This document shows, piece after piece, positions 1-9,470 of a stretch of DNA of 64,000 bases. Location: assembly GCA_963752595.1 (NCBI GenBank), contig CAVVYZ010000017.1, forward strand, positions 192,001 through 256,000, read 5' to 3'. The stretch's first letter is position 1; each line of letters opens with the position of its first letter. The stretch is from an uncultured delta proteobacterium (GTDB taxonomy: Bacteria > Desulfobacterota > Desulfomonilia > UBA1062). The translations under genes were made by a program, and so were the position numbers. The notes under the pieces are model-generated. The model saw nothing but the letters and a program-made list of their open reading frames with translations, did no database searches and was not told the DNA's origin.

Positions 1-2
1 GT

Positions 3-101
3 GACCTTGCAGAGATCTCTGAAAGAAAAGGAGTTGCAATAGCAACCGTCCGGGCGGAAGTGGACAAGGTCTTGGCAGAAAGGAAACGGCAAGATCCGTA
101 A
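3..101 (+). CDS. larC: 3' end of probable nickel insertase LarC (partial, runs off window start)
   Basis: Frame from position 3 reads DLAEISERKGVAIATVRAEVDKVLAERKRQDP*, similar to the LarC C-terminus (..EYEDxxxIAxxxGxPLxxV..). Lies directly upstream of larB-larE. Confidence 0.5.
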   Translation, partial: DLAEISERKGVAIATVRAEVDKVLAERKRQDP

Positions 102-128
102 AAAGAAGCAGGTGAGTAGGCGGATAGC

Positions 129-920
129 ATGGTGGAGGGACGAATGATCAAGAACCTGATAGAAAAGGCCAAGAACGGCGAGCTCAGTATAGAAGAAGCA
201 GAGGAGATGATAGTCCGCACGCTCTATGACCATGGGGAGGATTTTCTCCTGGACCTTCACCGCCATAACCGGACCGGCTTCCCCGAAGTGGTCTATGCCA
301 GGGGCAAGAGCGCCCGGCAGGTGGAGGAGATTGTCGGGAAATTTCTGGAAAAGACCAAACAGGTGTTCATATCCCTGGCAGATGAGCAGACACTGGAAGA
401 CCTTAAGAAAGCCTTCCCCACGGCACGGACAGCGCAGGCCGGAAGCCTGGTGGTATTGAAATCCGCCGACATGGAGCTGCACCGGGAAACCGGAATTGTG
501 GGAATCATCACGGCAGGGACTGCCGACACCCCCTTTGCAAAGGAATGCGCCCTGCTCCTGGAGGAGATCGGCACTGAAGTCATCAAGGCTTTCGATTTCG
601 GCGTATCCGGCCTGCACCGGCCGTTCCTCGGAATCCAGAAGACAAAAGATGCGGACGTGCTGGTGGTTTTTGCCGGAATGGACGGTATACTCCCCACCAT
701 GATTGCATCGCTGACCGACAAACCGGTGATAGCCGTGCCCACCCCTATCGGATACGGTCTGGGGGGAGAAGGCGATACAGCCCTTCGGACCATGCTGCAG
801 AGCTGCGTGCCGGGCCTTCTCGTACTGAACATCGGTAACAGCGTGGGCGCAGCGGCAGCAGCAGTAAGGATCCTCAGGGCAGTAAGGAGGCGAAGCAATG
901 GTAAGGCTGGAAGCGATTAA
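129..920 (+). CDS. larB: nickel-pincer cofactor biosynthesis protein LarB (PurE-like carboxylase/hydrolase)
   Basis: DLHRHNRTGFPEVVYARGKS, TAGTAD, FDFGVSGLHR, AGMDGILP, PVIAVPTPIGYG and LQSCVPGLLVLNIGN are LarB signature segments. Confidence 0.92.
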   Translation: MVEGRMIKNLIEKAKNGELSIEEAEEMIVRTLYDHGEDFLLDLHRHNRTGFPEVVYARGKSARQVEEIVGKFLEKTKQVFISLADEQTLEDLKKAFPTARTAQAGSLVVLKSADMELHRETGIVGIITAGTADTPFAKECALLLEEIGTEVIKAFDFGVSGLHRPFLGIQKTKDADVLVVFAGMDGILPTMIASLTDKPVIAVPTPIGYGLGGEGDTALRTMLQSCVPGLLVLNIGNSVGAAAAAVRILRAVRRRSNGKAGSD

Positions 921-1741
921 AGAGTCCATGATGAGCAGGGGCAAGCTCGCGGTCCTGCTCTCCGGAGGGCTTGACAGCACCTTTCTGGCTTGGCTTGCCC
1001 ATGAAGCCTTGGGCACTGAAGCAAAGGCGCTCACCTTCCATTCCCCCCATCATCCACGAGAAAGATGCTGCAGACGCAAGGATGCTCGCCGAGCTTATCG
1101 GCATCGCCTGCGAGGAGATCTCTATCAATGAGCTGGAGGCGGACTCATCCTTCTCCCGGAACCCTGCCGAGCGATGCTACCTGTGCAGGAAGATAAGGGA
1201 CCACGAAGCGAGGCAGTGGGCGGACGAAAAAGGGATAGAGACAATAGCGGACGGTCTGAATGCCACAGATTTCACCGACTACCGGCCCGGCATGAAGGCC
1301 GGCCGGGAGGACGGGATATGGCAGCCCTTTGTCGAGTTCAGTATTACCAAGGACGAAATACGACATTATTCAAGGGAGGTCGGACTGCCAACCTGGGACA
1401 AGCCCAACACGGTGTGCCTGTGCTCCCGGATTCCCTTCGGCATTGAGATTACCGGGGAGCGTCTCAGGAGGGTGGGGGAAGCAGAGACATTTCTGAAACG
1501 GCTCGGGTTCATCGCGTGCAGGGTGAGGTATTTCCCCTTTGAAACCGCTGTCGTGGAGATTGATGACATGGAAAGGGCATTTGCCCATAAGAGGGAAATC
1601 GTCCAGGTCCTTCGGGATATGGGCTTCCAGTTCGTCACCCTTGATCTCGAGGGATTTGCAAGCGGCAAGCTGAAAAGGATTTTGCAGGCAAGGGCTCCGC
1701 AGGAGGAAAAGCTCTCTGGTGAAAAATTTCCTAAAACTTGA
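898..1741 (+). CDS. larE: sulfur transferase LarE (split by one frameshift at the C6 run ~1043-1048)
   Basis: PP-loop SGGLDS in ORF 898..1131. RCYLCR, DGLNATDFTDYRPG, WDKP..CLCSRIPFG and VTLDLEGFASG in ORF 971..1741. The frames join at ttccccccat. Confidence 0.9.
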
Positions 1742-2044
1742 TCACCGGCATGATATTTTCCTTGGAGCCGTGAAACTTGGCTGGATGGACAGAAAAAAAT
1801 ATCCTGTTATACCCTTGACATATACATCTTGCTGATTATTGTTTTTAAACTCCGTACGAATGTCCTTTTCCCTATTCATGTGTAGCGGACTCACCCTGGG
1901 ATTCGATACTGATTTGACTCATTACCTGATCAAAACAGTGAGAACAGGCTTTATGCATCAGCAAAGTTTCCGCAGCGAGACAAAGGAAATCCTCCTTTGG
2001 CGTGGAACTGCGGAATACGGCTGTGAAAGCCGGAAGGGAGGCCC

Positions 2045-2458
2045 ATGGATAGCCAAACCGGCCGATTTGACCTTCATATCGATCAGGAACTGGGCATGGG
2101 ATATATCCGGCATCATGGAAAAGTCAGCCTGAAGGATCTCAATGCAGCGATAATCGAAATGAGGAGCGACCCGAAGTTCGAATCCGTTAGAAGTGGGATT
2201 TCGGATTTCACGAAAGCACGAGGCTTGTTATCCTCTGATGACATCAGGAGTCATGTAACCTTTGTTGCAAGCCATATCCCCAGGAACAGAAGGTTCAAAT
2301 GGGCCATCATCGCCCAGACAAACCTTGCTTACGGCCTTGCCCGGATGTTCGATATCCTCAGCGATACACAAGAGCTCGGTATCGAGCTGCAGGTTTTCAA
2401 AGACCCTCACCAAGCAAAGGTATGGCTCGGGATCAAGGAAAACAGGCACGTTTCCTGA
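2045..2458 (+). CDS. hypothetical protein, STAS/SpoIIAA-like
   Basis: RBS GGGAGG. The pattern DF..A...KWAIIA....YGLARMF......QVF.D...A..WL is typical of SpoIIAA-like small proteins. Confidence 0.6.
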   Translation: MDSQTGRFDLHIDQELGMGYIRHHGKVSLKDLNAAIIEMRSDPKFESVRSGISDFTKARGLLSSDDIRSHVTFVASHIPRNRRFKWAIIAQTNLAYGLARMFDILSDTQELGIELQVFKDPHQAKVWLGIKENRHVS

Positions 2459-2658
2459 CTGCAGGAAGGCCCGGATCCATACTCCATGATATAATCAAGC
2501 CTTGCAGTGATTGTGTTTTAAGATATCGAGTAAGTCGATCCCGTCTTTCCTTCGGTTAAGCGGTTTCATCCTTCTTAACCATGTCTTTTTTGATATGCTG
2601 TCTTGTCATGAGATCATTCAATCATGTAAATAAAGAGAATATTCTGTTGACAGTGTAA

Positions 2659-2886
2659 GAGTGGGGAAAAGACGCACCCGTCAGGAGTTATTCGGATGCA
2701 GTCAATCTCGATAAGGGGTACGCAGAGGCCTACAATAATATGGGCAATGCCTTGGCAACGCTCGGAAAGAATGGTGAGGCTATTGTCTGCTATAAAAAGG
2801 CCATAGAAATCAAACCGGGCTTTGTCGATGCCGTAAAAAACTGCCATATCGTTGAGTCGCGTAAAGGACCTTCGGCAAAGAAATAG
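2659..2886 (+). pseudogene. tetratricopeptide-repeat gene fragment
   Basis: Frame reads ...YAEAYNNMGNALATLGKNGEAIVCYKKAIEIKPGFVDA...*, a canonical TPR unit. It is preceded by in-frame TAA (2656-2658) with no start codon before the repeat. Confidence 0.6.
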
Positions 2887-2994
2887 GGAGCTTATCCAAA
2901 AGGATGCCACCCATTGACGGCGGTTTCTCCCTGCGCACTATATGTATAATATGTAGGATAAGGAAAAGACTGACCGGACAGAAGGTACCGTTAA

Positions 2995-3435
2995 ATGGAA
3001 GATCTGTATTATAGACACACGCAGAGAGGATACCTGCTTTCAGGAACCCTGATGGGCGCTGCGGTTATCGTGTTTGTCTTGTCTCTGAGTATCGGCTGGA
3101 ACATAGCAAATATCCTTGTGGGAATTGTCTTTGTTGCAATGGCGTTCCTCTTTTACTCCATGACTGTGGAAATCAGGGGTGATAATCTCTTTATCCGCTT
3201 CGGGCCCGGGCTCATCAGGAAGCAGATCCCTTTGTCCGGTGTCAGGGACGTGAGGATCGTCAGGAACCCCTGGTATTATGGCTGGGGAATCAATGTTACG
3301 CCGCAAGGGTGGCTCTACAACGTATCAGGTCTGGCTGCTTTGGAGATCGAACTTGAATCGGGCAGGTGCCTCAGGATCGGTACGGATGATCCCAAAGGTC
3401 TCTCGGAGGCAATCAGTGAATGGAGCAGGAAGTGA
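2995..3435 (+). CDS. hypothetical membrane protein (2 TM helices plus PH-like domain)
   Basis: Two hydrophobic segments followed by RFGPG...GWGI...LYNVSG...IGTDDP, a conserved uncharacterised family pattern. Confidence 0.7.
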   Translation: MEDLYYRHTQRGYLLSGTLMGAAVIVFVLSLSIGWNIANILVGIVFVAMAFLFYSMTVEIRGDNLFIRFGPGLIRKQIPLSGVRDVRIVRNPWYYGWGINVTPQGWLYNVSGLAALEIELESGRCLRIGTDDPKGLSEAISEWSRK

Positions 3436-3513
3436 CCGGCCGTTTTTTCAGGCCATCCGGATGTCGCAAGGAAGGGCTTTTTAAGAAATTCATGAGAAGA
3501 AGAGGCATTTGAT

Positions 3514-3930
3514 ATGAAGTCATATAGGAAGGAGCTCTGGTTCAATACGCAAAAACGCCTAGATTTCATCAACATCACTCCCGAGGTGGAAGGGTGTCTC
3601 CGGGAAAGCGGAGTCAGGGAAGGCCTCGTGCTCGTGAATGCGATGCACATAACGGCCAGCGTATTTATCAATGACGATGAATCCGGGCTCCATTATGATT
3701 TTACACGATGGCTTGAGGAACTCGCGCCCCATGAGCCTGTGTCGAGCTACCGGCACAATGTGGGCGAGGATAATGCCGACGGCCATCTCAAGCGGCAGAT
3801 CATGGGCAGGGAGGTGGTGGTTGCAGTTACGGACGGCAAGCTCGATTTCGGCCCCTGGGAGCAGATCTTTTATGGCGAGTTCGACGGCAGGAGGCGCAAG
3901 CGAGTACTGGTCAAGATCATCGGGGAGTAA
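3514..3930 (+). CDS. yjbQ: YjbQ/UPF0047 family protein
   Basis: [42 protein letters not shown]. Confidence 0.92.
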   Translation: MKSYRKELWFNTQKRLDFINITPEVEGCLRESGVREGLVLVNAMHITASVFINDDESGLHYDFTRWLEELAPHEPVSSYRHNVGEDNADGHLKRQIMGREVVVAVTDGKLDFGPWEQIFYGEFDGRRRKRVLVKIIGE

Positions 3931-3984
3931 GTCTCTCCAGGATCCCACACACACGCACCAGGTAAAAACCCATAAGGAAAGCTC

Positions 3985-6738
3985 TCATCGTTTGTTCGAA
4001 TTCGGCACTGCCTGACGAGGCTCGGCCCTGCTGCCGGTTCTTTCTTGCTGAACGGGTTGGGCAAGATGTGTTTTCAGCTTGTCCATGGCACGGCCGAAAG
4101 CGGTCCAGTTTCCCTGTTGGAGGGCTTTCTCAGCTTCCTGCATCAGATCGAGCACGTCTCTTCCCGGCTGGGGCTGGGCGCCCTGCTGAGGGGCAGCCGG
4201 TGCCGGCCCTGATATTTGGGGCTGCTGCATGCCGAAAATGGCGTTGATTGCATCCTGGACAGACATCTCCATGACCACCTTTCCTCCGTAAACCATGATG
4301 ACCCGTTTCAGCTGGGGGATGTTGGCTCCTTCTGCAAGGATATACACCGGCTCGACATAGAGGAATGAAGTGTTGATGGGAATCACGAGCAGGTTGCCTC
4401 TGATCACCCGGGAACCCCGCTGATCCCACAGGGAAAGCTGCTGCGAGATCAGCGTATCCTGATTGATCATGGCTTCGATCTGTACGGGGCCATAGATGAT
4501 CCGCTCCTTGGGAAGCTTGTATACGATGACCTCTCCATACCAGGGGAAATCCGATCTGCTTGCCATCCATGCGATCATGTTGTTGCGGTTCTGGGGGGTG
4601 AGCGGCACCATCATGATGTACTGGAGATCCTTTTCTTCCGGCAGGCGGACGAGCACATAATACGGCGCCATCGGGCCTTGATTTCCCTGATAGTTCTGCT
4701 GGGGGAAAGCCCAGAGATCCTCCCTGTTATAAAAGACCTGCGGGACGGTCATATGATAGGTGCGATACATGTCGACCTGGATGGTGAAGAGATCTTCCGG
4801 ATAGCGTACATGCCCTTTCAGATGCGAAGGGAACTCGTTTCTGTTTTTGAAGACGCCTGGGAATGCCTTGTTGTACACTTTGATGATCGGATCTTCGGGG
4901 TCGAATATGTAGAAACCGAGGGAACCGTCATAGGCATCCATGACCACCTTGACCGAATTCCGGATGTAATTCAACCTCCCCCCTCGAATCTCGGAATAGG
5001 GGTAGTTTCTGGAGACCGTGTATGCATCCTGTATCCAATACAGCTTTCCCTGGCTCAAGACCAGGTAGGGATCTTTATCGAGCGCGAGGAACGGTGCAAT
5101 ACGACTCACCCGCTGGGAGATATTCCTCCATATCTGGATGCGGCTCTCCGGCTTCAGGTAGCGGGATATCAAGATGTTGATATCTCTCAAATCCCAGGCA
5201 AACAGGATCTTCTTCCAGACACTGTCGAGCAGGATACCTCCGTAGCCCCGGTACCGGGTATAGACGTTGCTGTCCCCCTTCGGGTAGTCGAGTTCCATGA
5301 TGCCTGTGTTTACGATGCGGTAACCCGGTGTTTTCTCCGCAAAGTAGAGAGCGGCCCGAACTACCTTCAGGGATTGAGACAAAGGCGGGATGTCCTCGAT
5401 CACATACCTGGGCAGCCCTTCACCCAATGATTCCGACACGGTGTTCATGACGAGCCCGTAGCCGTGCGTGAACTGGAGATTGCTGTTCACCCAGGTCCTG
5501 GCTTTTTCCGGAAGTTCTTCGGCAAGCTCTCGCGCGGACAACATCACCTGGCGGTATCCCTCACCCGGAATGTGATACCTGTCTACATCAACTTCGTAGA
5601 ACTGGTAGTAGAGGCGTATCGCCTGGGTCTGGTTATAGGTCTGCAGGATTGGACGCCAGTCCCAGAGACGGATATTTTTGATCGTATCGTTATTGTCCGC
5701 AAGATCGGTCTGGGTGAGGTTGTCGGCCGCGGAATAGGACCGCTCGTGAATCCGGTCGAGGCCATATGCCTTCCGGGTCATCGAAATATTGTGTTCGAGG
5801 AACGGTTTCTCGAGGTCCAGCTCGTTCGGCCGCACGATGAACTTCTGCATGAAAGCAGGCAGGATCCCGAGAGAGAAAAGGGCAAGCAGGATGAATGTTC
5901 CGAATGCGAAGACGAGATAGCCGATACGCTTGAGGTAGGCGGTAAGTGCGATGGCCGCAGCAAGGGCAAGGCTTGCAAAGAACATGACCAGCAGGCTTGT
6001 GCGGACTAGGTGGTAATCCACATACCCCATGCCGGAGACAACTCCTCGCGTGGAAAAGAGGAGATCGTATCTATCCAGCAGGTACCCGGCTCCCAGGGTC
6101 ACAACGAACAGGATGCTCAAAACTGCGATATGAGTAAGTACCGGCCTGTCGATCGAGATGAGCATAGCGCTTTCCAGAGGGATTTTTTCCAGCGAGAAAT
6201 AAATCAGGAGCACGGTTACCAGGGCAATAAGGAACAGGCTGGCGAGGCTGTTCTGCACAAGGTTATAAAAAGGGAGTTTGAAGAGATAAAACATCAGGTC
6301 GAGGTGATAGATCGGGTCCGTCCGATGCACGGGCTCTCTCCAGAGATACTCAAGCAGGGTGTTCCATTGGTTCATGAGCACCAGGGCGAACAATACGGAG
6401 AAGATCAAGACGCCGCCTATGGCTATGAGCCGCGCCTTCTGCAGGCTGATCACGGTATTCTGATAGCCCACGATGAAGAGCTCTTCCTTGCGGAGGCTGA
6501 ATCTGACAGCGGCTTCGATATTGGTCCAGGAGAACAGAAAGATGAATGCGAACGCAACAGTGAAAACAGCTGCCTTGAGGAGGATCGTTCGGGAAAAGAT
6601 CGTAAAGAACCCGAGATTATCCATCCAGAGCCATTCTACCAGGGTGCCTGACAAGAATGAGAGAAAGACGGGGATTGCAATGAGGATGATTGCCCCAATG
6701 CCGGCAATGACGGATCTCTTTCTATACTTCATTTCCAC
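3985..6738 (-). CDS. UPF0182 family membrane protein
   Basis: 917 aa with N-terminal TM bundle. NIRLWD, YYQFYEVDVDRY, QVMLSARE, FTHGYG, NYIRNSVK, AYDGS, VIRGNLLVIP, LYVEPVY. Confidence 0.92.
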   Translation of the reverse strand: MEMKYRKRSVIAGIGAIILIAIPVFLSFLSGTLVEWLWMDNLGFFTIFSRTILLKAAVFTVAFAFIFLFSWTNIEAAVRFSLRKEELFIVGYQNTVISLQKARLIAIGGVLIFSVLFALVLMNQWNTLLEYLWREPVHRTDPIYHLDLMFYLFKLPFYNLVQNSLASLFLIALVTVLLIYFSLEKIPLESAMLISIDRPVLTHIAVLSILFVVTLGAGYLLDRYDLLFSTRGVVSGMGYVDYHLVRTSLLVMFFASLALAAAIALTAYLKRIGYLVFAFGTFILLALFSLGILPAFMQKFIVRPNELDLEKPFLEHNISMTRKAYGLDRIHERSYSAADNLTQTDLADNNDTIKNIRLWDWRPILQTYNQTQAIRLYYQFYEVDVDRYHIPGEGYRQVMLSARELAEELPEKARTWVNSNLQFTHGYGLVMNTVSESLGEGLPRYVIEDIPPLSQSLKVVRAALYFAEKTPGYRIVNTGIMELDYPKGDSNVYTRYRGYGGILLDSVWKKILFAWDLRDINILISRYLKPESRIQIWRNISQRVSRIAPFLALDKDPYLVLSQGKLYWIQDAYTVSRNYPYSEIRGGRLNYIRNSVKVVMDAYDGSLGFYIFDPEDPIIKVYNKAFPGVFKNRNEFPSHLKGHVRYPEDLFTIQVDMYRTYHMTVPQVFYNREDLWAFPQQNYQGNQGPMAPYYVLVRLPEEKDLQYIMMVPLTPQNRNNMIAWMASRSDFPWYGEVIVYKLPKERIIYGPVQIEAMINQDTLISQQLSLWDQRGSRVIRGNLLVIPINTSFLYVEPVYILAEGANIPQLKRVIMVYGGKVVMEMSVQDAINAIFGMQQPQISGPAPAAPQQGAQPQPGRDVLDLMQEAEKALQQGNWTAFGRAMDKLKTHLAQPVQQERTGSRAEPRQAVPNSNKR

Positions 6739-6807
6739 TCTACCTATACGGCTTATCAGAAGTAACTTCTCAGTCGGGGGATCTCTTGGAGTTTACAGCA
6801 AGAGCTC

Positions 6808-6823
6808 TTCAAAAAGAATGCCA
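6808..6823 (-). promoter_or_regulatory. sigma54-like -24/-12 promoter for the UPF0182 gene
   Basis: Minus strand TGGCATTCTTTTTGAA (GG-N10-GA), about 70 bp upstream of the start codon. Confidence 0.5.
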
Positions 6824-6923
6824 GGGCTTATCATGGAAAGCCTCGGCAGGGTTCTGATGAAGGTAAACAAACGATATACACCCTTTTTGAGCCCGAGAAG
6901 AGATCTGCAGGGAAAGTCTGCTT

Positions 6924-6963
6924 TGTCCATTTGCATGGGAAAGAAATCCCTTTTCTCCGGACA
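6924..6963. promoter_or_regulatory. tandem palindromic enhancer-like sites (TGTCC-N9-GGACA type) between divergent promoters
   Basis: TGTCC-ATTTGCATG-GGAAA (6924-6942) and AATCC-CTTTTCTCC-GGACA (6945-6963). Confidence 0.5.
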
Positions 6964-7043
6964 AGTTTCGAAAAAAAGCCTTTTCGCCCAGGCAATAACC
7001 TTTTTTTTAAGATTCGGCGTAAGCCCATTTTTTTACCGGCCCT

Positions 7044-7059
7044 TGGCATGCTCATTGTA
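7044..7059 (+). promoter_or_regulatory. sigma54-like promoter for the M50 protease gene
   Basis: TGGCATGCTCATTGTA versus consensus TGGCACG-N4-TTGCW. Confidence 0.55.
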
Positions 7060-7168
7060 TCTCCCTATATAAATACATACAAAAGAGCACATCCCTGCCG
7101 CCTCTCGAGAACTGCTTTCCGTATTGAAGTGACAGACCGGCGAATAAAGGTATCTGCTCGAAGGGAGT

Positions 7169-8329
7169 GTGTATATGTTCGGGAAGAGGATTAAGATATT
7201 CAAGCTCTTCGGCTTTTCCGTATATATCGATTTGAGCTGGCTCATTATAGCCGTACTTATCACCTGGACACTGGCCCAGGGCTACTTCCCTTATTTCAAC
7301 AAAGGCTTTTCCCCTAGGACATACTGGATCATGGGAGCTTTCGGAGCCCTTGGGCTCTTCCTGTCCATAATATTCCACGAGATGAGCCATTCCATGGTAT
7401 CAAGGATGTTCGGGTTGGAAATGAAAGGAATAACCCTGTTTGTCTTCGGGGGAGTCGCGGAGATGGGAGAAGAGCCTGCAAACCCGAAAGCCGAATTCTC
7501 CATGGCCATAGCCGGCCCCATTTCGAGCATTGCGCTCGGTTTTGTGTTTTACGGCATCTCCAGAATCGGGATGCAGCTTGCCTGGCCTCAGCCTGTCTGG
7601 GCGGTTCTCTCGTACCTGTCCGTCATCAACTTCGTTTTGGCCGCGTTCAACCTTATCCCTGCATATCCGCTGGATGGAGGCAGGGTTCTGCGTTCCGTGC
7701 TGTGGTCATGGAAGAAGGACCTGCGGTCTTCTACGCGCATCGCCTCCCGGATCGGTTCCGGATTCGGGATGGGCCTTATCATCCTCGGTGTGCTCAACGT
7801 ACTGACCGGGAACTTTATTGGGGGAATGTGGTGGTTTCTCATCGGCCTGTTCCTCCGCAATGCATCGAGCACGTCCTATACCCAGGTTCTCATAGAACGG
7901 GCGCTCAAGGGAGAGCCTGTCAGTCGGATCATGAAGACGCATCCGGTATCCGTTTCTCCATCGACATCCGTGGATGAGCTGGTCAACGATTATTTCTACC
8001 GCTATCACTACAAGATGTTCCCGGTGGAGAATGAATCCGGGAAACTCGAAGGGTGCATAACCATTGATAAGATAAAGGAAGTGCCTCATGACAAGTGGAA
8101 GGAGACGATAGTCGAGGACGTGGCATCCGGGTGCACCGAGAACAATACCGTTGATGCCTCTGCCGATGCCCTGAATGTCATGGCGAGGATGAACCGGCAG
8201 GGGGTGAGCAAGCTCCTGGTCACGGACAATGGTGAGCTGGAAGGCATCGTCACCCTCAAGGACCTGTTCGATTTTCTTTCCATCAAGATGGATCTCGAAG
8301 GTGAAAAGGTCATACCGAAGCGTCCATGA
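7169..8329 (+). CDS. site-2 (M50) zinc metalloprotease with tandem CBS domains
   Basis: HEMSH zinc motif, FNLIPAYPLDGGR, TM helices, C-terminal CBS pair. Confidence 0.93.
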   Translation: MYMFGKRIKIFKLFGFSVYIDLSWLIIAVLITWTLAQGYFPYFNKGFSPRTYWIMGAFGALGLFLSIIFHEMSHSMVSRMFGLEMKGITLFVFGGVAEMGEEPANPKAEFSMAIAGPISSIALGFVFYGISRIGMQLAWPQPVWAVLSYLSVINFVLAAFNLIPAYPLDGGRVLRSVLWSWKKDLRSSTRIASRIGSGFGMGLIILGVLNVLTGNFIGGMWWFLIGLFLRNASSTSYTQVLIERALKGEPVSRIMKTHPVSVSPSTSVDELVNDYFYRYHYKMFPVENESGKLEGCITIDKIKEVPHDKWKETIVEDVASGCTENNTVDASADALNVMARMNRQGVSKLLVTDNGELEGIVTLKDLFDFLSIKMDLEGEKVIPKRP

Positions 8330-8345
8330 AGAGTTTTTATCAAGG

Positions 8346-8384
8346 AATCCCATCTCGTAGGATTATGTCCTGCCCGGCAGGACA
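8346..8384. promoter_or_regulatory. tandem palindromic enhancer-like sites
   Basis: AATCC-N9-GGATT (8346-8364) and TGTCCTG-CCCGG-CAGGACA (8366-8384). Confidence 0.5.
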
Positions 8385-8457
8385 AGGAGGCATATGCCTG
8401 CACGGGCTGTTTATTGCAAGAGACTGAAATGATAGTTGATATATAGTTAGACCCCAG

Positions 8458-8473
8458 TGGCATGCTCTTTGTA
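8458..8473 (+). promoter_or_regulatory. sigma54-like promoter with no long ORF downstream
   Basis: TGGCATGCTCTTTGTA, 15 of 16 positions identical to the motif at 7044. Confidence 0.55.
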
Positions 8474-8777
8474 ATAACAAAGAATATTGGAATTTGGAAT
8501 TCTGTAGCAGGGTTGAGTCTTGGTAAGATTGGGGAACGCATATAAGGGGGCAAAGGAAGTTTTTCCTTAAACCTTTTTAATAAAATAAAAACCCCTTGTG
8601 AAATGATTCAGACAACACATTATATAAATTTATACGGCGGCCAGAACACAAAGGAAGATGGTTTGATGCTGATCTACAGAAGAATAGAGGATAGGGCAAA
8701 AGCAGTGAGCACCGCAATCATACTAAACGTTAGGTGTAAGGACAAAGCAGGAATGGACCACGTATGCTCCTCTTAGC

Positions 8778-8825
8778 GGGGGTTGGAGAACCTACCTCAG
8801 CCCCGTTCTCCAGCCCCCTTTTTTT
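8778..8825 (+). terminator. Rho-independent terminator
   Basis: GGGGGTTGGAGAAC / GTTCTCCAGCCCCC stem followed by T7. Confidence 0.75.
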
Positions 8826-9155
8826 CTCTCCTTCTAAGGAGAGAGACGAGCGAGGAGATATTCAATATGCGCACCATGCGAATTATGGGGAATTCGTATG
8901 GTGCTTCTTTCATTACCCGCCTTGATACAGAGACCCCGATAATCCTGCAGAGGACAGTATAACCAGGAACATCCTTTCCATAAGACCGGCACTGCGCCCT
9001 GTTTGAATTCACAATAAAACCAGGTAGTTTGGGATATTTCGAGGAGGCTGTATGAAAGACAACCATTTCATTGGGTATTTACCCCTTTCTTGGGATGGAG
9101 CGTTCTTGGGGAAAGCCCTGCCGAGGTGGTATATACTGTTATGATATAAAGGGGG

Positions 9156-9443
9156 GTGATGGAGGTAGTTTGTCCATTTTGCGGAAAGGCAAAGGATCTG
9201 CAAAGAGATTATCTCGGGCTTGTCAATGTACCGTGTGAATGTGGTGCTGTGGGTGTGATCAATAGGGCGGATGCCTTGCACATGATGAACATAGAGCTGG
9301 CTGGCATCTTTGCAGTCCCTGATATAGCGGCTTCGGAATTCGACCTGCATGAGCCCGTAAAGATAGATATGGGAGCCGAAGCAAGGAGCGTTGAAGTACT
9401 TATGATGATCAAGTGGGCCAGGAGGAAAGTTATCCCGGCTTGA
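9156..9443 (+). CDS. small hypothetical protein with CxxC...CxC (zinc-ribbon-like)
   Basis: CPFCGK ... CECGA, preceded by a G-rich RBS. Confidence 0.6.
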   Translation: MMEVVCPFCGKAKDLQRDYLGLVNVPCECGAVGVINRADALHMMNIELAGIFAVPDIAASEFDLHEPVKIDMGAEARSVEVLMMIKWARRKVIPA

Positions 9444-9470
9444 CGAGCTCGATCTCTTCTTGCGTTTAAT

